30,619 nt of DNA from a virus (Duplodnaviria; Caudoviricetes): positions 1-30,619 of IMG/VR virus record IMGVR_UViG_3300031365_000008. The stretch is one strand, 5' to 3'. Positions within the stretch are counted from its first letter, which is position 1; each line of letters starts with the position of its first letter. Below the pieces are notes generated by a model, which saw only the letters and a list, made by a program, of their open reading frames with translations, was not told the origin of the DNA and searched no databases. The translations under genes were made by a program, and so were the position numbers. Shown in pieces: positions 1 through 8,345 of this stretch.

Positions 1-53
1 ATTAAAAAGATAAGATATAATTATAAAAAAAGACATAAAGGGGGTGATGCCAA

Positions 54-345
54 ATGTCTCAACAAGAGTGGGTTAATAAAATAATACAAGGTGATTCATT
101 AACAATTTTAAAAACGATACCAGATGAATCAGTTAATTGTGTGGTTACCAGCCCTCCTTACTGGGGCTTGTAGTTGAGAGATTTCGGTATTGAACCTATT
201 ATCTGGGACGGTGTAGAAGGTTGCGAGCATGATTTTTCAATAGAAACTAAAGCAGGGGATATAAGATTTAGGAATAGAGTTAAAGCAGGAATATATTGAT
301 ATGGCGAACAAGAGAATAAACAAGATCCCGGAAACATTATTCTAA
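54..345 (+). pseudogene. Decayed beta-class N4/N6 DNA methyltransferase (premature stop plus large internal deletion)
   Basis: ATG at 54 after GGGGTGA reads MSQQEWVNKIIQGDSLTILKTIPDESVNCVVTSPPYWGL*LRDFG (SPPY catalytic motif, in-frame TAG at 171-173). A different frame from ~268 reads LGIELKQEYIDMANKRINKIPETLF*, the typical MTase C-terminus. The middle, including the SAM-binding FxGxG motif, is missing. Confidence 0.85.
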
Positions 346-365
346 ATAAGAGAGGAGGATAAAAC

Positions 366-2006
366 ATGACAAAGAGTACAAAAGAAGCACCGATAACAGC
401 AAATAAATGGGTGCCATATTGCGTGGTAACCAACCGAGCGGAAGTAATAAAGACAGACGTGCTGGCCGGATACCAGACAGCAGAGAGTAAGCAGCTGGGG
501 AAAGATGTATTTGCAAATGCAGATTATAATGAAGGATCATTGGTAAAGCCATTATATGAACCACTTACTATGGCAAAACTATTAGAGATTAACACCTATC
601 ATATGAGAGCCTGCAGAACAAAAGCAGAGGATGTGGCCGGGAACGGTTGGAAGTTAGTGCCTTTAGTGGATAAGCCAAGCGATGAGCAAAAAGAAGCGAT
701 AGAGGAATTCATAAAAGGCCAGGAGGAAGGCCTGGAGGAGACCATAAAAAAGACACAGCTTGACAAAGAACTTGTAGGATTTTTTTCAATGGAGATAGCC
801 AGGGAAGAAAATGCATTCGATGGACCAGTAAACCAGATCCGACATATCCCAGCACACACCGTAAGGATACACAAAGAAGGAAACAAATTCTGTCAGGCCA
901 GGGATAATAAAAAGAATTGGTTCAGGTTATTCGATTATGAAAAAGATGTAAAAAGAGATACAGGAGCAGAAGAAACAGGGAAGAGCCTGGATAAAGATAC
1001 CAGGGGAAACGAAATTATATGGAACGTAAATTATACTCCCAGGAGTTGCTTCTACGGAATCCCGGACATCACACCAGCGATCGGAGCGATTACCGGGGAT
1101 ATCTCCAGAAGAGATTACAATATAGCCTTTTTTAATAATTACGGAGTGCCAGCTTATATGGTTTCGATATGTGGAGACTTTGACCCTGGGGATAAAGACC
1201 CGGATACCGGAAAAACAGAGCTGGTCAAAAATATAGAGGAAAAATTTAAAGAGGTTATAAAGAATCCGCAATCAGTTATGATTCTGACCATACCAAAATC
1301 AGCATCAGCATTGGGAGGAGAGATAGAAGTAAAAGTAGAGCCTTTATCTACCGATATCAAAGAAGCTTCATTCAGACTTTATAGAGTAGACAACCGGAAC
1401 GAAGTTATAACCGCACATGCTATACCACCATACCGGATGGGAATATATGAGACCGGAACGTTAGCAGGCAACCTGGGAGCAGAGTCAACCGTTATATATT
1501 ACACCAGCGTAATCAAACCAAGACAGGAAGTTTATAATCATATCATGAACCATGAGATCCTACCGACCCTCGGAATAACCGATTGGAAATGGGAACTTAA
1601 TTCCATTGACCTGGAAGACATTGATAAAGAAATTGACAGAGTAGTTAAATTAATTGGATGTGCAGTAATGACACCAAACGAAGCCATAGAATATGTAGGG
1701 GATCATTTTGGAGTAGAGAAGTGTGAAGATAATCCAGCGATGGATTTGCATTATATAAATGGCCAGGCAATTGATGCAGGGAACTTTATACCGGAAAGCG
1801 AAATAACCGGAGTACTGCAAGGTTTAAAAAGTAAATTAATCGAGGGGTTAATTGATTATGTCAACAAAACTAGCAATAAAACTTCTGATAGAGATAGAAG
1901 GTATACAAAAGCAATTGCGGACCTGGAAAAAGATTCCAGGGAACTTGATGAAGGAAGAAAACAAGTTATATCAGAAGTTAAGAGTATTAATAAGACAAAA
2001 GAATAA
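366..2006 (+). CDS. Phage portal protein (PBSX/HK97-like family)
   Basis: 546 aa, SD GGAGGA. Motifs HIPAHTVR, FYGIPDI, AFFNNYGVP, AHAIPPYRMGI and MTPNEA. First gene of the head module. Confidence 0.92.
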   Translation: MTKSTKEAPITANKWVPYCVVTNRAEVIKTDVLAGYQTAESKQLGKDVFANADYNEGSLVKPLYEPLTMAKLLEINTYHMRACRTKAEDVAGNGWKLVPLVDKPSDEQKEAIEEFIKGQEEGLEETIKKTQLDKELVGFFSMEIAREENAFDGPVNQIRHIPAHTVRIHKEGNKFCQARDNKKNWFRLFDYEKDVKRDTGAEETGKSLDKDTRGNEIIWNVNYTPRSCFYGIPDITPAIGAITGDISRRDYNIAFFNNYGVPAYMVSICGDFDPGDKDPDTGKTELVKNIEEKFKEVIKNPQSVMILTIPKSASALGGEIEVKVEPLSTDIKEASFRLYRVDNRNEVITAHAIPPYRMGIYETGTLAGNLGAESTVIYYTSVIKPRQEVYNHIMNHEILPTLGITDWKWELNSIDLEDIDKEIDRVVKLIGCAVMTPNEAIEYVGDHFGVEKCEDNPAMDLHYINGQAIDAGNFIPESEITGVLQGLKSKLIEGLIDYVNKTSNKTSDRDRRYTKAIADLEKDSRELDEGRKQVISEVKSINKTKE

Positions 2007-3783
2007 AGAGGTACTGGAGCAATTAAAAAAGCTGGACCGGATACCATCCTCGGACATGGAATTAAAAGCCTTACTTGCACCATTAGCGGAAGCCAAAGAG
2101 GAATATACTAATATTGTCATGGATAATACGCAAGAGGCAATCAGGGCAGGCATGACCAGGACTGTCAATGAACTTAAAAAACAAGGCCTGGGGAAAAGCA
2201 TAAAAAGCAATATGGCCTTTATTTTAAATGGCAGTATAAAAGTAAAAAAACCAAAAAAGCCCAAAGTTACAATTCCCGTATTACCTACATTAGCTTTTAA
2301 TGAATTTAGCGATGAAATATCAGAACTTTTAAAAGACCAAACCTTTATAGCGTCGGAGCAGACCATAGATAGGATGACCGGGGAGGTTATGGGAAATCTA
2401 AAAGACAGTTACGAAAAAGGATACGGGATAGATAAAGCAGCGGATAACCTGGGGAATGTATTCGAAAATATGGAAGGGTACGAATTAAAGAGGGTAGCCA
2501 GAACAGAAATCAATGGAGCACAAAACAGAGGAGCAGAAGCAACCGAACTGCAGCTTGGGATTCAATACGATATGTGGAGAACAGCCGGGGATGAAAGAGT
2601 AAGAGGATTAGAACCAGAGGATACAGCAGATCATGTATATTTAGATGGCCAGATATCAAAGGTAGGAGGGAACTTCAGTAATGGATTATCAAGGCCAGGG
2701 GATAGAACAGGACCAATAGCGGAATGGATAAATTGTTTTATTGGTGATACCCTAATAGACGCTACTGAAACAAAAAGGGTTTACAGAAGGTTCTATAAAG
2801 GTAAAATTATTACCATCAAAACCTCCTCTGGCAACGAATTGTCCGGAACTCCTAATCACCCAATATTGACTTCTAAAGGTTGGATTCCTCTTGGCAATAT
2901 TAATAATGGGGATAAGGTAATTAGCACATTTGGAAACGTTGAATTTCCTATTAGAACCCCAAATAATAATTATGTTAAAACCAGCATTGAGGAGATATAT
3001 GCATCGAGTTCTAAATTGAGTCCTGTAAAAAGGGTTATTAACACTAAAGACGATTTCCATACAGATGGAAGGGGGAGTAAAGAGGTCGATATTATAACCA
3101 AAGATATTATGTTGAGAGATAACCTTAATATTTCTATTAGTCAATTTTTTAAAAAGTTTATTTTCTCCAGCTCCAATATATTGTCCGGTCTTTTTTCTTT
3201 TAATAGCCATTTTAATTTTCTCATCCATGCCAATCTTGCGACCTCTGACAGCATCGTGAGCTTTTGCAGTAAGTCTTTGCCGTTCAGCTTTGGAGGTCTT
3301 GGCCATTCTAATATACATAGCTTGAGACCTGCTCCTACCCGAAATATTAGATTCAGTAAGGTAGCGGTAAATAACATTTCTGGAAACATTAAACTTGGAA
3401 GCAAGGGACTTAACAGATTCACCTTCTTGGTAAAGATTTGTAATCTTATCAGAAGGCAAATCAATATTAAGAAATTTGGAATTAATAAAGATATTGTTAT
3501 CAACAAGTCTCTTTCTAATAACCTTATGAGTAACACCATAATTTTTAGCGATGGCCTTAATAGAATATCCGTTCCTATAAAGATGGATAATATTATTAAT
3601 ACCAGAAGAAGTAATTTTAATGGACATGTGTACAACCTCCAAACAAAAGACAATTTTTATGTTTCTAATAACATTATAACACATAACTGTCGTTGTACGC
3701 TAATCCCTTATCTTATGCCAGAAGGATTTATAGCTCCGGCAATGGATTATTTTTATGAAAGTGATTTAATTAGAATAACATAG
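1858..3783 (+). CDS. Minor head protein (MuF / SPP1 gp7-like), intein-containing precursor
   Basis: Motifs RVARTEINGAQN, WRTAGDERVR, H..LDGQ and EWIN/CRC, with the NCRC motif split by an intein. Follows the portal. Start set at ATG 1858 behind GAGGGG; the exact start is uncertain. Confidence 0.9.
   Translation: MSTKLAIKLLIEIEGIQKQLRTWKKIPGNLMKEENKLYQKLRVLIRQKNKEVLEQLKKLDRIPSSDMELKALLAPLAEAKEEYTNIVMDNTQEAIRAGMTRTVNELKKQGLGKSIKSNMAFILNGSIKVKKPKKPKVTIPVLPTLAFNEFSDEISELLKDQTFIASEQTIDRMTGEVMGNLKDSYEKGYGIDKAADNLGNVFENMEGYELKRVARTEINGAQNRGAEATELQLGIQYDMWRTAGDERVRGLEPEDTADHVYLDGQISKVGGNFSNGLSRPGDRTGPIAEWINCFIGDTLIDATETKRVYRRFYKGKIITIKTSSGNELSGTPNHPILTSKGWIPLGNINNGDKVISTFGNVEFPIRTPNNNYVKTSIEEIYASSSKLSPVKRVINTKDDFHTDGRGSKEVDIITKDIMLRDNLNISISQFFKKFIFSSSNILSGLFSFNSHFNFLIHANLATSDSIVSFCSKSLPFSFGGLGHSNIHSLRPAPTRNIRFSKVAVNNISGNIKLGSKGLNRFTFLVKICNLIRRQINIKKFGINKDIVINKSLSNNLMSNTIIFSDGLNRISVPIKMDNIINTRRSNFNGHVYNLQTKDNFYVSNNIITHNCRCTLIPYLMPEGFIAPAMDYFYESDLIRIT
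2752..3627 (-). CDS. Antisense, intein-nested putative homing endonuclease: two HTH repeats plus DUF559/Vsr-like PD-(D/E)XK domain
   Basis: 291 aa from ATG 3627 with GGAGG 8 nt upstream. HTH repeats LYRNGYSIKAIAKNYGVTHKVIRKRL and LYQEGESVKSLASKFNVSRNVIYRYL, a basic linker, then GENKLFKKL...QHNIFGYNIDL...ICMEI...YLLNAGFNIIIIW. Confidence 0.8.
   Translation of the reverse strand: MSIKITSSGINNIIHLYRNGYSIKAIAKNYGVTHKVIRKRLVDNNIFINSKFLNIDLPSDKITNLYQEGESVKSLASKFNVSRNVIYRYLTESNISGRSRSQAMYIRMAKTSKAERQRLTAKAHDAVRGRKIGMDEKIKMAIKRKKTGQYIGAGENKLFKKLTNRNIKVISQHNIFGYNIDLFTPPSICMEIVFSVNNPFYRTQFRTRCIYLLNAGFNIIIIWGSNRKFNVSKCANYLIPIINIAKRNPTFRSQYWVIRSSGQFVARGGFDGNNFTFIEPSVNPFCFSSVY
3673..3683 (-). promoter_or_regulatory. 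Extended -10 promoter (TGTGtTATAAT) for the antisense endonuclease
   Basis: The reverse complement of 3673-3683 is TGTGTTATAAT, i.e. TRTG-n-TATAAT, 45 nt upstream of the antisense ATG. No good -35 element. Confidence 0.6.
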
Positions 3784-3793
3784 AGGAGGGATC

Positions 3794-3967
3794 ATGAGAA
3801 AAGTAAGAGAAATAAGATGCAAAGAATGCGGGGATTTATTGTTTAAAGTCATTGATGAGCAATACATAGAGATAGTTTGCGGAAGGAAGAAACACAAGAC
3901 TTTATGGGAAATGCCTGAACGACCCTTGACAGATAATAATAAAATTGGTAAAATAGTATTAAAGTAA
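3794..3967 (+). CDS. Small Com-like zinc-ribbon regulator (57 aa)
   Basis: Not in the ORF track. SD GAGGAGG. MRKVREIRCKECGDLLFKVIDEQYIEIVCGRKKHKT... matches the Mu Com-family pattern IRCxxCxxLL...IEIxC. Confidence 0.7.
   Translation: MRKVREIRCKECGDLLFKVIDEQYIEIVCGRKKHKTLWEMPERPLTDNNKIGKIVLK
3926..3954 (+). promoter_or_regulatory. Sigma70-type promoter for the protease/capsid genes
   Basis: TTGACA (3926-3931), 17-nt spacer, TAAAAT (3949-3954), with an extended -10 TG at 3946-3947. Confidence 0.75.
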
Positions 3968-4004
3968 AATATTCAATTAACATTCCTTAATAACTCCTGA
4001 TGAC

Positions 4005-4056
4005 AGCAGAGCACCTTCGAGAGCCAGAATTACTCGGAAAGATGCTCTGCTTTTTT
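4005..4056 (+). terminator. Intrinsic terminator/attenuator hairpin in the leader
   Basis: AGCAGAGCA (4005-4013) pairs with TGCTCTGCT (4043-4051). Inner stem TTCGAG/CTCGGA. Followed by a T6 tract. Confidence 0.7.
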
Positions 4057-4098
4057 GTTGGGGAATAGTTAAAATAAAGAATGAAAGGAGTTGAGAAT

Positions 4099-5670
4099 AT
4101 GCCAGCGAAAAAGGCCAGAGGAGCAGAGGGATCATATGAAGAAAAAAGGGAGCAATTAAGAATACACTTCGAAAAAGACTTTAAAGAATCCTATATAATT
4201 TATACATTCCCAGATGCAGTAATATTAACAGAATACAATACCGGTAAAAACTACGAAATTGAGTATGCCATAATCGATGGTAAAATTAAATCCGGAGATC
4301 CGAAAGAAGTGGAAGTAGCCTACATATTAAAAAGCCTGCTTGATGAAGCTAAAGCAAATATCACCGAAAAGGGTATGAACGAAGCCTTAAAAGTATACTT
4401 ATATTATAATGTCAATAAGAAATGGCCAGGGGAAGAGAAGAAACAGGGAACGGAACTAACTGGACCAATATTCAAAAAGGTAGAAAAACAACGGATAGTC
4501 TATGCTGCAGTATTAGTACCAGGAGAACCGGACCTCGATGAAGATATAGGAGAGAAGATCCTAACAGCGGAGGAGATAGAAGGAGTAGCTCATAAGTGGA
4601 TGGAGGAATATGGGAATATCGATTATATGCATGGCCTGAATAATGTAGCGAAACCAGTAGAGACTTTTATATTACCGATGGCCTGGGAAGTGGAAGCCTT
4701 TGGAGAGAAAATGCTCCTGCCAAAAGGAACATGGGTATTAGCAGCGAAAGTGATAAACGACACAGCCTGGAAGAAGGTAGAGAGCGGAGAACTAACCGGG
4801 TTTAGCATAATGGGAATACAAAGCAATGTTTTGAAGAGCATAATGAATGATGTATCCAAAGGAAAGAGGGTAGATGAATCCCTCAACGCAGCCATGAAAA
4901 GAGTCTTGATTGCAGATTTAGGGAAGGATTGGCTCGTGCCATTTGTTAGTTTGGTAGATGAGCCATGCGTACCGAAAGCGAAATTCTTTGCCATAAAGAA
5001 AAAAACAGAGCTCCAGGGAGAGAAACAAGACGAGAGCGTATGGGATAAAATTATAAAACGTTTCAAGAAAGACGACCTGGACCAGATAACAGAGAATACC
5101 ATAAAGCTAACCAGGGAAGCGACCAAAGCCGGGAGGAGCATATCGGATGATACTTTTGCTAAATTAAAAAGTGCTCTTGAAGCATTACAGAAATTAATTG
5201 ACAAAGCAGATAAAGAGAGGAAACCTGATTATTTGAAAGATAAAAAAATGAAAGGAGATGAATTGGAGATGGAAGAAAAAGACGTTATTAAATTAGTGGA
5301 CGAGAGGCTGGATGAGAAATTAAAACCAATAAACGAAGGCCTGAAAGCATTGCTTCCTAAAGAAGAGAAGGAAGAAGAAAAAGAAGCCGGGAAAGCAAAA
5401 AAAGAAGAAGAGGAAAAAGAAGAGGAAACACCCGAGGAAAAAGAAGAAGAGGAAACAGAAGAAGAAGAGGATGAGGAAAAGGATGCATTAAAAGCGGAAA
5501 ATTTAACCTTAAAAGAAACTTTGGATAAACTCCAGAAGGCCAGAAAAGGCCTATCCAAAGCGGAAAAAGGGCAAGAAGATGAAGAGCCTCCCAAAAAATA
5601 TACCGTCAAGGATCACCTGAAAGGACTTGACAGAGACAGCATGGGAAGAGCAATTAAAAAGAAAGAATAA
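4099..5670 (+). CDS. XkdF-like prohead protease with acidic C-terminal scaffold region
   Basis: QRIVYAAVLVPGEPD, IDYMH, PVETFI, GTWV, WKKVESGELTGFSI, VSLVDEP. Long E/K-rich tail. Directly upstream of the capsid gene. SD AAAGGAG favours ATG 4099. Confidence 0.88.
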   Translation: MPAKKARGAEGSYEEKREQLRIHFEKDFKESYIIYTFPDAVILTEYNTGKNYEIEYAIIDGKIKSGDPKEVEVAYILKSLLDEAKANITEKGMNEALKVYLYYNVNKKWPGEEKKQGTELTGPIFKKVEKQRIVYAAVLVPGEPDLDEDIGEKILTAEEIEGVAHKWMEEYGNIDYMHGLNNVAKPVETFILPMAWEVEAFGEKMLLPKGTWVLAAKVINDTAWKKVESGELTGFSIMGIQSNVLKSIMNDVSKGKRVDESLNAAMKRVLIADLGKDWLVPFVSLVDEPCVPKAKFFAIKKKTELQGEKQDESVWDKIIKRFKKDDLDQITENTIKLTREATKAGRSISDDTFAKLKSALEALQKLIDKADKERKPDYLKDKKMKGDELEMEEKDVIKLVDERLDEKLKPINEGLKALLPKEEKEEEKEAGKAKKEEEEKEEETPEEKEEEETEEEEDEEKDALKAENLTLKETLDKLQKARKGLSKAEKGQEDEEPPKKYTVKDHLKGLDRDSMGRAIKKKE

Positions 5671-5708
5671 AAAAAACAAATCAAAAAAAACGAAAGGAGA
5701 TGATACAA

Positions 5709-6719
5709 ATGTCATTGAGCCAAGGAGAAATGCTGAAATTAATTGATAGAGCCTTAAAAGGCGGGATAGTGGATATCGATGCTTTAGGGGAAGCGGTACT
5801 GCAACCAACCAAGCTAACCAGATTTATCAGAAAAATGCAGGAGAAAACCGTTATACTCCCGGAAGCCAGATATATGCCAATGGATGCACAAATAGCCCAC
5901 ATAGACAGAATATCCTTCACCGGGAGGGTATTGGATTCTGGAGACGATGCATCAGGGGATCATAGAACATTAGCAGAGAGCGACTACGCGAAACCAACCA
6001 CAGCAATAAATAAATTAACCGTTCATGAATTCCAGGCTATTGTTAGTATCCAGGATAAAGCCTTAAGGAGAAATATCGAAAAGGAAAACTTCGAGGAAAC
6101 CTTAATAGATTTATTAGGAGAAGCAGTAGGAAGAGATATGGAGGAATTTGCATTATTTGCAGATACCGATTTTAGCTACGCACAGGATCACGTCTTAAGC
6201 AAATCCAACGGATGGATAAAACAAGCAGCGAACGCAGTCTACGGAGGAAGTACAGAGGATTTCAACCCTGCTGCAGCCACCTACCCGGAAAATATGTTCA
6301 ATGCGATGTTAGGTGGAATGCCTAAAGAATACCTAACCGATGTAGGAGCATGGAGATATTGGGTAAATTGGGAGGTAGAGAATGCCTATCGGGATTTATT
6401 AAAAGCCAGAGGAACTTCTCTTGGAGATAGCGTATATACCACAAACCAGAAACTGGCCTACAAAGGGATTCCAATCGAGAGAGTACCGATGATAGAGCGA
6501 GCCAAAGCAGAATTAGTAGGAGGCTGTGGAGACGTGGCCATGCTCGGATACCCGAACAATCATGTCTGGGGAGTATTCCACAAGGTAACCATCGAAAGAG
6601 AAAGAGAAGCAAAAAAAAGACAAACCGACTTTATCTTGACCCTGGAAGTAGATGCGGGATACGAAGACGAGAATGCTGTAATTGTAGCATACATAGACAA
6701 ATCGAATCCAGCATCCTAA
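5709..6719 (+). CDS. Major capsid protein (HK97 fold, XkdG-like)
   Basis: About 336 aa after the protease. LQPTKLTRFI, LRRNIEKENFEETL, GWIKQA, YKGIPIERVP, IEREREAKKRQTDF. SD AAAGGAG. Confidence 0.9.
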   Translation: MSLSQGEMLKLIDRALKGGIVDIDALGEAVLQPTKLTRFIRKMQEKTVILPEARYMPMDAQIAHIDRISFTGRVLDSGDDASGDHRTLAESDYAKPTTAINKLTVHEFQAIVSIQDKALRRNIEKENFEETLIDLLGEAVGRDMEEFALFADTDFSYAQDHVLSKSNGWIKQAANAVYGGSTEDFNPAAATYPENMFNAMLGGMPKEYLTDVGAWRYWVNWEVENAYRDLLKARGTSLGDSVYTTNQKLAYKGIPIERVPMIERAKAELVGGCGDVAMLGYPNNHVWGVFHKVTIEREREAKKRQTDFILTLEVDAGYEDENAVIVAYIDKSNPAS

Positions 6720-6750
6720 AAATATTATAGGTATAATAATTAAAAAACCG

Positions 6751-6787
6751 GAGGCAGTATGTAGGGATATGTATTGCCTCTTGCTTT
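6751..6787 (+). terminator. Hairpin / probable terminator after the capsid gene
   Basis: GAGGCAGTATGTA-ggga-TATGTATTGCCTC (with G-U pairs) followed by TTGCTTT. The U-tract is weak, so it is likely leaky. Confidence 0.55.
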
Positions 6788-6804
6788 AAGAGAGGAGCAC
6801 ACAA

Positions 6805-7566
6805 ATGATAGAGATCGGAATTGTGGGATACGGAGTAGTAGGAGAAGCGACAAGAAAGCTATTAAGAGAAGATTGTTATATTAGGATATTTGACCCGGAT
6901 AAAGGATACACAGAGGACATAAGCAAAAGCGACATTATATTCATATGCATTAATGAAAAAGACAAGAGCATGAAAAACCTTATAATACTAATAGATACCC
7001 TGTCAGAAGCAAATAAAAAAGGATTATTCGTAATAAGAACCACAACAATCCCAGGGACGACAGACCGGATGTCAATAAGGCATAAAAGAGAATTCGCATT
7101 TATGCCAGAATTTTTAAGAGAATGGAATGCGGAGTACGATTCTATAAGACCGGATAAAATAGTTATAGGAACGGAAAGCGAAAAGACCTTTGAATTAATA
7201 TCGAGCCTTTTTCGCAAGAGAATATACACCGGAGTTATACAGGTAAAACCGATAGAAGCGGAACTAGCGAAATTGGCCTTAAACAGCCTGGCATTAACAA
7301 AGGTAGTATTCGCAGAGGAATTGTATGATTTAGCAAAGGCATTATTTGCAGACTACGAGAATATATACGAAATATTTAAATTGGACCAGAACGTAAACGA
7401 GAGACATCTGAAAGCAAACGATGGAGGGTACAGAGGAGCAGATGGTAAATGCCTACCAAAGGACACCGAGTTTTTAATCCACACCGGGGAAGACAAGAGT
7501 AGAATGTCATTATTAGAAACAGCCCAGGCATTAAATAAATTATTTATTGAAGTGAGGAAAGAATAA
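6805..7566 (+). CDS. UDP-glucose/GDP-mannose dehydrogenase family protein (short form lacking the C-terminal domain)
   Basis: Rossmann motif IGIVGYGVVG, RTTTIPGTT, PEFLRE, EAELAKLALNS, catalytic GKCLPKD. Confidence 0.9.
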   Translation: MIEIGIVGYGVVGEATRKLLREDCYIRIFDPDKGYTEDISKSDIIFICINEKDKSMKNLIILIDTLSEANKKGLFVIRTTTIPGTTDRMSIRHKREFAFMPEFLREWNAEYDSIRPDKIVIGTESEKTFELISSLFRKRIYTGVIQVKPIEAELAKLALNSLALTKVVFAEELYDLAKALFADYENIYEIFKLDQNVNERHLKANDGGYRGADGKCLPKDTEFLIHTGEDKSRMSLLETAQALNKLFIEVRKE

Positions 7567-8345
7567 TGGCTGGATATAATAATAAAATAAGGGAATCAAT
7601 AAAGAGGTATAAAGGGAAAGAACATCCGGTAGATAAAATCGCTTATAAATTGAGAGCTTACAATTTAGCAGACCAGCATGGGATAAAACACGCAGAGGTT
7701 ATACGATTATATAGTTCAATATTGAGCGTATATTGGGATATTTTACCGGAGCAATTTATCATAAAACCACAGCATGGATGTTCAACAAAGGGAGTGCTGC
7801 CTTTAGTAAGAAACAAACAGGGTAAATATAAGGACATATTAAGAAAAAAGGTAATGAGCATAAAACAAATAATAGATTATTACATGGAAGGTACGCTGCC
7901 GGAAGCCAAAGAAAAACATAGCCGGGAACTATGGATTGAAGAATTATTGATAAATCCTTTGCCACACGATTGGAAGGTACATACCTTCAATGGCAAGATA
8001 GGAATTATAGAGCAGTTTAAAAGAGATGATCATATTAAATACCATAAATATTGGACCAGCGAATGGAAGAACATTGAAAATATATGCAGTAAAATATTCA
8101 CTTACGAAATAAATAATAGCTTGCCAGGGCCATTGCATCCGGAGGAAATATTAGAAACAGCAGCAAAGCTCTCAAAAGAGATAGCCCATCCATACGTAAG
8201 GATAGATTTATATGATATACCGGAGGGAGTATATCTTGGAGAAGTCACACCACACCCAGGAAGGACTTGCGTATATCTACCATTTTGGGAAAATTACCTT
8301 GGAAAATTATGGGAGCAGGCCGAAAAGGAGCTGGGATATGAATAA
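7566..8345 (+). CDS. TupA-like ATP-grasp amidoligase
   Basis: DKIAYK, LPEQFIIKPQHG, WIEELL, DWKVHTFNGK, YVRIDLY, VYLGEVTPHPG. Confidence 0.82.
   Translation: MAGYNNKIRESIKRYKGKEHPVDKIAYKLRAYNLADQHGIKHAEVIRLYSSILSVYWDILPEQFIIKPQHGCSTKGVLPLVRNKQGKYKDILRKKVMSIKQIIDYYMEGTLPEAKEKHSRELWIEELLINPLPHDWKVHTFNGKIGIIEQFKRDDHIKYHKYWTSEWKNIENICSKIFTYEINNSLPGPLHPEEILETAAKLSKEIAHPYVRIDLYDIPEGVYLGEVTPHPGRTCVYLPFWENYLGKLWEQAEKELGYE

Larger units (their letters stand above)
2734..3687 (+). mobile_element. Intein (318 aa) inserted in the INCRC motif of the MuF protein
   Basis: Block A CFIGDTLI, block B GTPNHPILT..GW, block F GHVYNLQTKDNFY, block G IITHN followed by the +1 Cys. Removing it restores EWINCRCTLIP. 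Confidence 0.93.

Noticed and set aside
171-173. In-frame TAG in the methyltransferase as evidence of stop-codon recoding or pyrrolysine
   Set aside because: TAG terminates ordinary genes here (3783, 10878, 22570, 28683), and the gene is also internally deleted.
3141-3653. Second minus-strand ORF (170 aa) within the intein
   Set aside because: Leu-rich with no motifs or SD; it is an alternative-frame shadow of the endonuclease gene.
4623-5609. Minus-strand ORFs opposite the protease (193 and 126 aa)
   Set aside because: Ser/Phe-rich mirror of Glu/Lys codons, with no SD or domain motifs.
6725-6740. TATAAT upstream of the sugar cassette as an independent promoter
   Set aside because: No -35 or extended -10 element, in an AT-rich context; not supportable.
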